A stretch of 43,854 nt of DNA from Desulfobacterales bacterium (GTDB lineage: Bacteria > Desulfobacterota > Desulfobacteria > Desulfobacterales > JAFDCJ01): contig JBAVYC010000730.1 in the NCBI GenBank assembly GCA_049698595.1, positions 1-43,854 on the forward strand, in the 5' to 3' direction. The translations under genes and the position numbers were made by a program. Shown here one piece after another: positions 20,828 to 30,022 of this stretch. The notes below the pieces were generated by a model. The model was not told the origin of the DNA, searched no databases, and was given only the letters and a program-made list of their open reading frames with translations. Within the stretch, counting starts at the first letter, position 1, and the number at the start of each line of letters is the position of its first letter.

Positions 20828-20872
20828 AATATAATACACTAAAGGATACTATCGGGTACAGAAGGAGGTTGT

Positions 20873-21148
20873 ATGAATAAACTGGAGCTCATTTCCGCCT
20901 TGAAAGCAGAAGCTAATATTTCGAAAGCGGAAGCAGCAAAAGTAGTCCAGATATTTTTTGATAACATGGCAGATGCCATGGCCCGCGGAGAGCGCGTGGA
21001 GATCCGCGGTTTGTGCAGTTTTTTTGTGAAAGAATACAAGAGCTACACGGGTCGAAACCCGAAAACCGGGGAAAAAGTCACCATAAAGCCCAAAAAACTT
21101 CCATTTTTCAAATCTGGTAAGGAATTGAAAGATCGGGTAGACTACTGA
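20873..21148 (+). CDS. HU/IHF family DNA-binding protein (IHF-beta-like)
   Basis: MNKLELI, VEIRGLCSF, GRNPKTGE and FKSGKELKDRV motifs. Confidence 0.93.
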   Translation: MNKLELISALKAEANISKAEAAKVVQIFFDNMADAMARGERVEIRGLCSFFVKEYKSYTGRNPKTGEKVTIKPKKLPFFKSGKELKDRVDY

Positions 21149-21151
21149 TCT

Positions 21152-22198
21152 GTGCCTGGGTTTGAGTCGATAATAGATCAAGACCGCCCCATACGTATCC
21201 TCACCACCTTCCTTCAAAAAGGGACCGTTCCTCACGCCCTTCTGTTCACAGGAATAGAGGGGGTAGGCAAACAAAACACGGCCGTTGCATTTGCCATGGC
21301 GTGTAACTGCACCGGGGACAATTTTGAAACCAATTCTGAATTGCGGGACAGCCGGGCTGCCGATGGTCACAGTACCACGAACCGACCACGGATAATCAAT
21401 CCCTGCGGAAATTGCAAGTCGTGCCGGAAAATCGAATCTGGAAACCATCCGGATATCATCCGGATAAAGCCATCCGGCGCGTTTATCAAAATTAATCAAA
21501 TCCGCACCCTCTGCCAAACCCTTACCATGAAACCTTATGAAGCCGGCATACGGGTGGTACTTATATCCGACGCCCAGGCATTGAATCCTGCCGCAGGCAA
21601 TGCTCTCCTCAAGGTGCTGGAGGAACCTCCAACCGGAACCATTCTGATCCTTGTGGCCAGTCATACATCCGATCTCCTGCCAACCATAGTCTCGCGTTGC
21701 CGGCACATTCGGTTCAATCCGATCTCGAGAACAAAAATGGAATCCATACTCGTCAGCCGGCATGGATTTGATCCGCAAAATGCGATGATCATTGCAGCCA
21801 TGGCTGGCGGGAGTTTTTCACGAGCGCTGCATATGTACCGGACGAATTGGATAAACCGCAGAACCTGGCTTATCAGTGAGTTGGATTCCTTGTCATCGGT
21901 ATCCATCAGTCGTCTTTTGGCCTTCGGTGATCAACTGGCAAAAAACAAAGATGCTTTGCCGGACGCTCTCGAGGTAATGAAGTCTTGGTTGCGTGATCTT
22001 GTAATCGGCAAATTTTATCCTGAAAAAATAATCCATCAGGATCTGACTGATAACGTGCACCGGGCTTCGCAAAAAATGAGTACAACATCGCTGCTTTCAA
22101 AGTTTGAAACAATTCAATCCACCCAAATTGCAATTCAGGCCGGCACCAATTTAAGACTTGCCATGGAAACAATGGTCTTGAAATTGTCACGAATTTAA
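21152..22198 (+). CDS. holB: DNA polymerase III subunit delta'
   Basis: HALLFTG, PCGNCKSC, HPD, NALLKVLEEP and LLPTIVSRC motifs. Confidence 0.93.
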   Translation: MPGFESIIDQDRPIRILTTFLQKGTVPHALLFTGIEGVGKQNTAVAFAMACNCTGDNFETNSELRDSRAADGHSTTNRPRIINPCGNCKSCRKIESGNHPDIIRIKPSGAFIKINQIRTLCQTLTMKPYEAGIRVVLISDAQALNPAAGNALLKVLEEPPTGTILILVASHTSDLLPTIVSRCRHIRFNPISRTKMESILVSRHGFDPQNAMIIAAMAGGSFSRALHMYRTNWINRRTWLISELDSLSSVSISRLLAFGDQLAKNKDALPDALEVMKSWLRDLVIGKFYPEKIIHQDLTDNVHRASQKMSTTSLLSKFETIQSTQIAIQAGTNLRLAMETMVLKLSRI

Positions 22199-22220
22199 TC
22201 TAGAATACAATATTTTAAAA

Positions 22221-22250
22221 AAGTTGTAGAATTTCCGAGACGTTATAATT
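22221..22250. repeat. Solo copy of the fold-back element terminal motif
   Basis: AAGTTGTAGAATTTCCGAGACGTTATAATT matches the motifs at 7643 and 15745 and abuts ATG 22251. Confidence 0.65.
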
Positions 22251-23048
22251 ATGAATAAAAAAGTCGGTATAAAATTTAAAACCACCGGCAAGGTATATGA
22301 TTTTGACTGCGGTGCATTTGTATTGAATCGCGGTGATCATGTTATTGTAGAAACCGAACAGGGACTCGGTTTTGGAACGGTTGCCGTTGATCCGGTTCTT
22401 TACCAAAGCAAAAAAGATGACAGACCCCTAAAAAAGATTTATCGACTGGCAAATAAAAAAGATTTCGAGCAGAAAGACAATAATCTAATTGATGAAAAAA
22501 CAGCCCACAATTTCTGTATTCAGTGCATTAAAAATCTGGGGCTGAAAATGAATCTTTTCTCTGTCGAGAAAGCCTTTGATGGCAACAAATATACTTTTTT
22601 CTTCACCTCCGAGGGACGTGTCGATTTTCGACAACTGGTAAAAATGCTGGTCAGGCAGCTGGGGGTTAGAATTGAAATGCGCCAGGTGGGTATTCGCAAT
22701 CAGGCTAAAATGTGCGGAGGTATCGGCAGATGCGGCCGAGAGCTGTGCTGCTCAGCCTTTCTGGAAAAATTCGAACCGGTCTCCATACGCATGGCTAAGG
22801 AACAAAGCCTGTCATTAAACCCAACAAAAATCTCGGGCCAGTGCGGCCGCTTGATGTGTTGTTTGACCTATGAATATGACACTTACCGGGCATTGAAGAA
22901 AAATTTGCCTAAAATCGGAAAACACATTATGACCGAAAAAGGAAAAGGAAAAGTAATCCGTCACAATGCCATTTGCAATTGCATAACCGTTCGTTTAGAA
23001 GGCGGTGTGGAAATCGAAACCGCAGTCAATCAAATCATAGAGGATTGA
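22251..23048 (+). CDS. PSP1/RicT (YaaT-like) Fe-S regulatory protein
   Basis: RVDFRQLV, RIEMRQVG, GRCGRELCC and KISGQCGRLMCCL motifs. holB-yaaT-metG synteny. Confidence 0.9.
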   Translation: MNKKVGIKFKTTGKVYDFDCGAFVLNRGDHVIVETEQGLGFGTVAVDPVLYQSKKDDRPLKKIYRLANKKDFEQKDNNLIDEKTAHNFCIQCIKNLGLKMNLFSVEKAFDGNKYTFFFTSEGRVDFRQLVKMLVRQLGVRIEMRQVGIRNQAKMCGGIGRCGRELCCSAFLEKFEPVSIRMAKEQSLSLNPTKISGQCGRLMCCLTYEYDTYRALKKNLPKIGKHIMTEKGKGKVIRHNAICNCITVRLEGGVEIETAVNQIIED

Positions 23049-23051
23049 AAA

Positions 23052-24974
23052 ATGTCCCTGCCCTTTTATGTCACAACCCCAATCTATTACGTGAATGCGC
23101 GTCCCCATTTGGGCCACGCTTACACCACTATAGTGGCCGATGTTGCCGCGCGTTTTCATACCATGCGTGCATGCGATGTTTATTTTTTAACCGGCACAGA
23201 TGAGCATGGCGACAAAATTGTACGTGCCGCCAAAAAAGAAAATATGACTCCCAGGGGTTACGTGGATACCATCAGCGGTCTATTCAGGGATTTGTGGCCC
23301 GAATTGGGTATCAACAACTCCGCCTTCATTCGCACCACCGATCCCGCCCACATGGCCGTTGTGGAACAGATACTGCAAAAAATTTACAATGCGGGTGATA
23401 TCTATTTCGCCGAATACGAGGGTCTGTATTGTTTCGGGTGCGAACGTTTTTACACCGACAGAGAACTTGTGGACGGACAATGTCCGGACCATGAAACAGC
23501 ACCGGAAGTTATCAAAGAATCCAACTATTTTTTTAAAATGAGTCGCTATCAGGACTGGCTCATCGATCATATCCGCAACACGCCGGATTTCATTCGTCCC
23601 CAACGCTATAAAAACGAAGCATTGGCCTTTTTGAAAGAGCCGTTGGAGGACTTATGCATTTCCAGACCGAAATCCAGACTGAAATGGGGCATTACCCTGC
23701 CCTTTGATAACAACTACGTTACCTATGTATGGTTCGATGCTCTTTTAAACTATGTCTCCGCTTTGGGATATCCCGGTGCAGACCTGTTTAAAACTTTCTG
23801 GCCGGCAGCTCAGCACGTGGTGGCCAAGGACATCCTCAAACCCCATGGGATCTATTGGCCGATTATGCTTAAAGCAGCCGGTATTCCGATATACAAGCAT
23901 TTGAATGTTCACGGGTATTGGAATATTGAAAACAGCAAAATGTCAAAAAGTCTGGGAAATGTGGTTGAACCCATCGAACTTAAAAATATTTACGGTCTGG
24001 ATGCCTTCCGCTTTTTTCTAATTCGCGATATGGCCTTCGGACTGGATTCCAGTTTCAGCGAAACTTCTTTGGTTCAGCGCATCAATTCGGATCTGGCCAA
24101 TGATCTTGGCAATCTGTTTTCCAGAATTGTTTCAATGGTTCATAAGTATTTTGAAGGGGTTGTCCCTGAGATCGAACCATCGGTGGAAGCCGAATGTGAA
24201 CTCGGACTGAAAGCAAATGCTCAGATTGCCCTTGCCGACTACGAAGGCTTTATGGAAACATTCCAGTTCCACAACGCGCTGCAGGCAGTTTGGAAATTCA
24301 TAAGCCAAATGAATAAATATGTGGATGTCACCGCCCCTTGGGAGTTGGCCAAGAGGAAATCAAGTCGCAAATCCCTGGCGGTGGTTATCTATAATCTGCT
24401 TGAAGGATTGAGAATCATTTCCGGTCTCATATATCCCGTCATGCCCGAAACGGCGGCCAAAATGCAAAAACATCTTGGATTGGATCCAAAGAAACCCTTT
24501 TATCTTTTTGAGCAACTCAAAAACTGGAAATCCATCAAACCCGGCACCCGGCTGCCGAAGTCCATTGTCCTTTTCCCGCGAGTCGAATCCACTGAAAAAG
24601 CTGCTGATCCACTGGTCAAATCACCCGAAGCTGTCAACCGACCTAAATTCAAACCGGAGATCACGTTGGATGAATTCAGCCGGGTTGATCTTCGGGTGGC
24701 AACTGTGGTTCATGCGGAAAGGATTCCCAGAGCGAAGAAAGTTTTAAAACTTGAAGTGGATTTAGGGCAAAAAAGAACCATCGTCGCAGGCATTGCTCAA
24801 AACTATACCCCCGAAGAACTCATCGGTAAACAAATCATTATTGTAGCCAACTTGAAGCCGGCCAAACTCATGGGAGTTATCTCAAACGGTATGTTGATCG
24901 CCGCCGTCGATGATTCCGGTCCAACCCTGGCGGCGCTGGACAAACCCGTCGATCCCGGAACACCATTGCGGTAA
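23052..24974 (+). CDS. metG: Methionine--tRNA ligase
   Basis: TTPIYYVN, HLGH, GTDEHG, YVWFDAL, KMSKS and a C-terminal tRNA-binding (Trbp111-like) domain. Confidence 0.97.
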   Translation: MSLPFYVTTPIYYVNARPHLGHAYTTIVADVAARFHTMRACDVYFLTGTDEHGDKIVRAAKKENMTPRGYVDTISGLFRDLWPELGINNSAFIRTTDPAHMAVVEQILQKIYNAGDIYFAEYEGLYCFGCERFYTDRELVDGQCPDHETAPEVIKESNYFFKMSRYQDWLIDHIRNTPDFIRPQRYKNEALAFLKEPLEDLCISRPKSRLKWGITLPFDNNYVTYVWFDALLNYVSALGYPGADLFKTFWPAAQHVVAKDILKPHGIYWPIMLKAAGIPIYKHLNVHGYWNIENSKMSKSLGNVVEPIELKNIYGLDAFRFFLIRDMAFGLDSSFSETSLVQRINSDLANDLGNLFSRIVSMVHKYFEGVVPEIEPSVEAECELGLKANAQIALADYEGFMETFQFHNALQAVWKFISQMNKYVDVTAPWELAKRKSSRKSLAVVIYNLLEGLRIISGLIYPVMPETAAKMQKHLGLDPKKPFYLFEQLKNWKSIKPGTRLPKSIVLFPRVESTEKAADPLVKSPEAVNRPKFKPEITLDEFSRVDLRVATVVHAERIPRAKKVLKLEVDLGQKRTIVAGIAQNYTPEELIGKQIIIVANLKPAKLMGVISNGMLIAAVDDSGPTLAALDKPVDPGTPLR

Positions 24975-25172
24975 ATAAAATGCGCGCAATAGTTCACCGC
25001 AAATGCCGAGAACGCAAAGGGAAGATGGCTTTTATTCTAACATCGAAAATTTGGTCCTCCCTCCGGGCAGTAGGGCCCACGGGCCGGAAGCTGGGCTAGG
25101 ATACTTTACTGCTATGAAACGATTATCCAATAACCAATAACTAACAACTCCCAATTGGGTTTCTATCCTATC

Positions 25173-25934
25173 ATGACCGCTGAGAACCACAAAAACAGGT
25201 TACCGCCATGTTACGGCATCATCCCAGCGCGCTATGGGTCCAAACGGTTTCCAGGCAAGCCTTTGGCCGATATCCTCGGCAAACCGATGATCCTGCATGT
25301 CTATGAGAGGGCCCGGCGATGCCCACAACTGTCGTCCGTTTTTTTGGCTACCGATGATGAACGAATTCGTTTGGTCGCACAAAAATGGGACATTCCGGTC
25401 GTCATGACCCGCACAACCCATCCCAGCGGTATGGATCGCGTAATGGAGGCGGCCGCGAAGCTGAAACTGCCCAGAGACTCAGTGGTCGTTAACATTCAGG
25501 GAGATGAACCCGCGCTGCAACCCGCTATGCTCACCCAGTTGGTCCGCCCATTCAGCGCAGCCGATGTTCAAGCAACAACTCTGGCACGTGAAATAAATGC
25601 GACGCAAGTTGGAAATCCCGACCTGGTCAAAGTCGTATTTGCCGGAGACGGACGGGCATTATATTTTTCGCGTTCACCGATACCCCATCAGGGTCAAGAT
25701 CAAAAAAATCATTTTTATGGACACATCGGCATATATGCACTCCGCATGAAGGTGCTGGAAAAATTCGTTGCCTTAGCGCAAAGCCGTCTTGAAATTACCG
25801 AAAGACTCGAGCAGCTGAGACTGCTTGAAAACAACATAACCATCCATATTGTGGTGACCGATCATCATACCTGCGGCGTGGATCGTCCCGAGGACATTGA
25901 AACTGTCAGTAAGATCATATCCGGAATAACGTGA
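25173..25934 (+). CDS. kdsB: 3-deoxy-manno-octulosonate cytidylyltransferase
   Basis: [31 protein letters not shown] and LEQLRLLEN motifs. Confidence 0.95.
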   Translation: MTAENHKNRLPPCYGIIPARYGSKRFPGKPLADILGKPMILHVYERARRCPQLSSVFLATDDERIRLVAQKWDIPVVMTRTTHPSGMDRVMEAAAKLKLPRDSVVVNIQGDEPALQPAMLTQLVRPFSAADVQATTLAREINATQVGNPDLVKVVFAGDGRALYFSRSPIPHQGQDQKNHFYGHIGIYALRMKVLEKFVALAQSRLEITERLEQLRLLENNITIHIVVTDHHTCGVDRPEDIETVSKIISGIT

Positions 25935-26006
25935 GTTGAGAAGAATTATGAGTTCAACCACACGAAGGCACAAAAAGGTAAATGATTGATTAAAGGAACA
26001 GACCAA

Positions 26007-29000
26007 ATGAAACAAACAATTAGACGAATCCTAACCAGGACGACCGCCGCATTCGTCAGGGCTGCCCGTCAAACCGGTGGCCGGTTGGCCAACATTTTGA
26101 GAACAGACGTTTACTTCGGCAGAAACATCGCTCATTTACCCCTGGGCGCAATCGTTTTTTTCCCATTCCGGGATAACACGTTTTGCTGCGGTATCGCTGC
26201 AATCGTTTCCTATAAATCAAAAAAATCAATGCCCCCCCGATCAGACCCGGCCGCATTAGAGGATATGCTGGCTAAAATTGCGCAAGCGGGATACGAGCAT
26301 TGCAATACAACGATCGACATGGATATTGACGATCACTACCTTGGCGGCCAATCTCACATCGATTCTCTGTGGCAGGCGATTCAAAATTTGAAGTGTTCAG
26401 ACCGATTTTATGCCATTTTTACAAATTCAGATCACCGCAGGCAGTTAACAGACCTTTGTGATCGGCTGACCGGCATCGTTAGTGCTGAAGCACAATTGTT
26501 ATCGGAGCGCATGGGCCAAATCCCGGTACAGACCCTTGAATTGATGACCGCCCGGATCGAAAAACTTAAAGATATTGCGTGGTGCATTCGCTGGGAAATT
26601 ATTCAAAATTTAAAAAAAATAAAAGAGTTATGCCCGGGGCTCAACCAATCGTCGAGTTCTGAAACTGTGAGTGTCTTTAAGAAGATAAATGCCGTTTTAA
26701 ACAGTATCGACCGGCTTGAAGTCAGGGGGCGCGATTCTGCCGGTATCTCCCTGATGTTTGTTCTAAACAAAGCTGAATTTGATAAATTTATAAAATCTTT
26801 AAAACAGGCAAACGTGCACAATCAGATAGATGAACGCTGCAGCCGGGGTACGCTGGTCAACCGGGAAATCACTGTACACCAACACCCCAAAGCCGGCAAA
26901 AATGAAAAGACTGCCATTGCCATGACTTACAAGATAGCCAATGAAATCGGAAGTCTAGGAGACAATGTCCAATATTTACGCCAGCAGATCGCCGATGATA
27001 CGATTCTTCAAATTCTGGCTGCCCGTGAGTCTGAGTTTGATACGGTTTCAGCACACACCCGCTGGGCATCGGTAGGAGCGATCACTGAAGCCAATTGCCA
27101 CCCGGTAGACAACCAGACTGTCGAAAATGCAGCGCAAAACAACCCTATCATCCATGCCTGCTTAAACGGAGATATCGACAACTATCAGGATTTGAAACGT
27201 GAATTGGAACTTAGCGGGGATCGGATCCACAAAGACATCACCTCTGATACCAAAATCATCCCACTGATAATCGCTAAATATTTACGCCAGGATCACCCCA
27301 TCGATGAAGCCTTTAGGCTGGCAGTCAATGATTTTGAAGGTTCCCATGCCATCTCCATGCATACGGATCTGGCTCCCGGTAGAATTTTTCTGGCCCAGAA
27401 GGGCAGCGGCCAGACATTCTTTGTTGGAATCGCCCCGGATCATTACATCCCCACCTCCGAAGTATATGGGTTTGTCGAAGAGACCGCCCAATTCATCAAG
27501 CTGGACGGCGAAACCATGGTAACCGGAAACAGCGGACCCACCCGGGGGCAGATTTTTATTCTGAACCAGGCTTCCGCCGGGGGTCTTGATGGCATCAATG
27601 CCAGGTGGTATGATGGTACGACTCTTCAACTCAGTGAGAAAGACATCAAGCAGACCGAAATTACATCCAGAGATATCGACCGCCAGGATTATCCCCACTA
27701 TTTTTTAAAAGAAATCTCGGAATCACCGGATTCCATGGAAAAAACACTTCACAATCGCTGGAAAGTCGCGGAGGATGGAACCCGGCAATACGTCATTGCT
27801 CTGGACGACACTGTGATTCCCTCTGCCTTGAAAAAAGCACTGACCACCGATCGGATCAAACGCATCTTTTTTATCGGACAAGGCACTGCCGGTGTCGCCG
27901 CTATGGCCTGTGCCAATATTATGGCTTACTATAACCCGTCCTATCATATCAGTGCGTTGAAGGCGTCGGAATTCAGCGGTTTTCAATTAAATGAACAGGA
28001 TGGTGCCGAAAGCCTGGCAGATGCGCTAGTGATCGCTATCAGCCAGTCCGGTACAACCACCGATACCAATCGCACCGTGGACATGGTAAAGCAAAGAGGG
28101 GCTTATACCCTGGCGATTGTAAACCGCAGAGATTCGGATATTACCTTCAAAGTTGACGGGGTCATGTACACCAGCAGCGGCCGCGATGTTGAAATGTCGG
28201 TGGCTTCCACCAAAGCATTTTATTCCCAGATCGTTGCCGGTGCCATCCTGGGGCTTTACATTGCCACCCTGAAAAAGCACAGAGACGCTGAATTTGTTTC
28301 CGGTGAAATCGAGCAACTGCTTGCACTTCCTTCTCAAATGCGGGAGATATTGTCCAACAGAGATGCAATCAAGGACTCAGCCACAAAGCTTGCCGTCACT
28401 AAAACTTACTGGGCTGCAGTCGGTAGTGGTCCAAACAAAGCTTCGGCTGATGAAATACGCATCAAGCTTAGCGAACTTTGTTATAAGACGATTTCCTCAG
28501 ATTTCGTGGAGGATAAAAAACACATCGATTTATCTTCAGAGCCGCTGATCCTTGTCTGTGCCGCCGGTACGAGAAACACGGTGATTGGTGATATCATAAA
28601 GGACACCGCCATATTCAAGGCGCACAAGGCCACCCCCATCGTTATTGCAGATCAAGGCGAAAATCGTTTCACGCCCTATGCCGATACCGTATTCCATGTG
28701 CCCCGCGTCAGCGAACATTTCGCTCCGATTCTAAATACACTGGTGGGTCACTTATGGGGATATTATGCGGCGCTGGCCATCAATGAGGGTTCCCGCTTCT
28801 TGTATGGCTTTCGGGATGAAATCAAAAATACCATTGAAGAATATGCCACCCGCGGCCTGGATGTATACGAAATTATTCTTGAAAAACCCTTCCGGGAAAA
28901 AATTGCCGAATTCTACAACAAGTTTAGAAAAAAAAGGGCCGCCAATCAATTTCCTGCTGCCATCGGATTTGATGCCGTATCCGATCTGACCCTGTTGCTC

Positions 29001-29786
29001 AAATATTTGTCCGGCCGATTGCCGGTCTCGGACTTTGATCTTGATTTTAGCCAAAAAGGCACGGCCGTGAATATGCTTAACACGTTTTTCAATTGTCTGG
29101 CCGTTGGAATAAGCACTATGGCGCGGCCGGTGGATGCTATCAAGCACCAGGCCAAGACCGTAACCGTTGGAACCAGCCGAATCAGCGAGCGCATCGAAGG
29201 CATCCTGTTTGATGCCTTAAGCATTGAAAACCTTGCGATTTCCCAGTTGACCAATATGAATATAATCGTGTTAAAAAATCTGCAGGGTATCATCGAGCAA
29301 ATTGAAGGTTCCACGCTATACCGCATTGACGGTTTGAGTGTTCTCGGCGAACCTTCGGACGACACCACCATTGAGGTCATCAAAAAACGGGGGGATATTG
29401 CTGATGTACCGTCAAGGGTTGAAACGGACAACCGCTTGAAAGGAACCAAACGCATTATCGTAAGGCAGGGAAATGTCTACATCGGCAAAGGTCGCAAGGA
29501 TGAGCGCAGTATCATGATCATTCCCAGTTTGACCACTTCCGACAGCGGTCCGAACAGAATTGAATATTTGTTGCTGTTGCATGTATCTTTTCGGCAAGAC
29601 ATCCCCCTTGATACCCGGATTAAAGCGCTCGGTGGCAAATACGAGCACATAAAAAATATCGTGCAGGAAAACAGCATTGCCTGGCAAGATAGCTTTCTCG
29701 ATCTTCTTAAAATTGAAGATCTTTTTGGCCGATCAGCTGAAAAAACAGCTGATTATATTGTATCGCAGCAAAATGGAGAGATATAA
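26007..29786 (+). CDS. Very large GlmS-like glutamine amidotransferase/SIS-domain protein (about 1259 aa)
   Basis: CGI, EVRGRDSAG, HTRWA, NCHP, NGDIDN, SQSGTTTDT, SVASTKAF, KLSE and AKTVTV motifs are collinear with GlmS. RBS AAAGGA before ATG 26007. Confidence 0.85.
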   Translation: MKQTIRRILTRTTAAFVRAARQTGGRLANILRTDVYFGRNIAHLPLGAIVFFPFRDNTFCCGIAAIVSYKSKKSMPPRSDPAALEDMLAKIAQAGYEHCNTTIDMDIDDHYLGGQSHIDSLWQAIQNLKCSDRFYAIFTNSDHRRQLTDLCDRLTGIVSAEAQLLSERMGQIPVQTLELMTARIEKLKDIAWCIRWEIIQNLKKIKELCPGLNQSSSSETVSVFKKINAVLNSIDRLEVRGRDSAGISLMFVLNKAEFDKFIKSLKQANVHNQIDERCSRGTLVNREITVHQHPKAGKNEKTAIAMTYKIANEIGSLGDNVQYLRQQIADDTILQILAARESEFDTVSAHTRWASVGAITEANCHPVDNQTVENAAQNNPIIHACLNGDIDNYQDLKRELELSGDRIHKDITSDTKIIPLIIAKYLRQDHPIDEAFRLAVNDFEGSHAISMHTDLAPGRIFLAQKGSGQTFFVGIAPDHYIPTSEVYGFVEETAQFIKLDGETMVTGNSGPTRGQIFILNQASAGGLDGINARWYDGTTLQLSEKDIKQTEITSRDIDRQDYPHYFLKEISESPDSMEKTLHNRWKVAEDGTRQYVIALDDTVIPSALKKALTTDRIKRIFFIGQGTAGVAAMACANIMAYYNPSYHISALKASEFSGFQLNEQDGAESLADALVIAISQSGTTTDTNRTVDMVKQRGAYTLAIVNRRDSDITFKVDGVMYTSSGRDVEMSVASTKAFYSQIVAGAILGLYIATLKKHRDAEFVSGEIEQLLALPSQMREILSNRDAIKDSATKLAVTKTYWAAVGSGPNKASADEIRIKLSELCYKTISSDFVEDKKHIDLSSEPLILVCAAGTRNTVIGDIIKDTAIFKAHKATPIVIADQGENRFTPYADTVFHVPRVSEHFAPILNTLVGHLWGYYAALAINEGSRFLYGFRDEIKNTIEEYATRGLDVYEIILEKPFREKIAEFYNKFRKKRAANQFPAAIGFDAVSDLTLLLKYLSGRLPVSDFDLDFSQKGTAVNMLNTFFNCLAVGISTMARPVDAIKHQAKTVTVGTSRISERIEGILFDALSIENLAISQLTNMNIIVLKNLQGIIEQIEGSTLYRIDGLSVLGEPSDDTTIEVIKKRGDIADVPSRVETDNRLKGTKRIIVRQGNVYIGKGRKDERSIMIIPSLTTSDSGPNRIEYLLLLHVSFRQDIPLDTRIKALGGKYEHIKNIVQENSIAWQDSFLDLLKIEDLFGRSAEKTADYIVSQQNGEI

Positions 29787-29835
29787 ATCGACTCACCGAT
29801 ATGCCCCCCATTAGAAATCAAATGTTATCAAAAAG

Positions 29836-29865
29836 TTGACATCTGAATGCGTATCGTTATAAAAT
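29836..29865 (+). promoter_or_regulatory. Putative sigma70 promoter
   Basis: TTGACA-N18-TAAAAT (or N16-TATAAA), about 160 nt upstream of the sigma54-activator gene. Confidence 0.5.
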
Positions 29866-30022
29866 AGTCAACTATAGTGAAAATTCATTCCTGCTTCACA
29901 CGGATTCAAAACGCCCAGAATCCTCTCATGCCGGATACCAGCGTTGGAGTTGTGTTTGTTTCGCTCCATAGTGCCAGCCGGGCGCGGACACACTCCAATG
30001 ATAAATTTAAGGATGTATATAA

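Noticed and set aside
19185..21778. Long antisense ORFs (19185-19979, 20849-21778) and similar ones such as 3683-4459, 4568-5128, 11654-11998 and 31588-32220
   Set aside because: They are shadows of well-supported genes on the opposite strand or frame and have no recognisable motifs.
20873..22198. IHF/HU TGA is in frame with holB (one codon gap): possible Sec or read-through fusion
   Set aside because: Both proteins are complete, the TGA is not at a Cys-motif position, and I saw no SECIS-like hairpin at the right spacing.
22251..24974. ricT TGA is in frame with the metG ATG (one codon gap)
   Set aside because: metG has its own RBS (GAGGA) and a normal N-terminus, and there is no redox motif at the TGA. 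This is ordinary tight operon packing.
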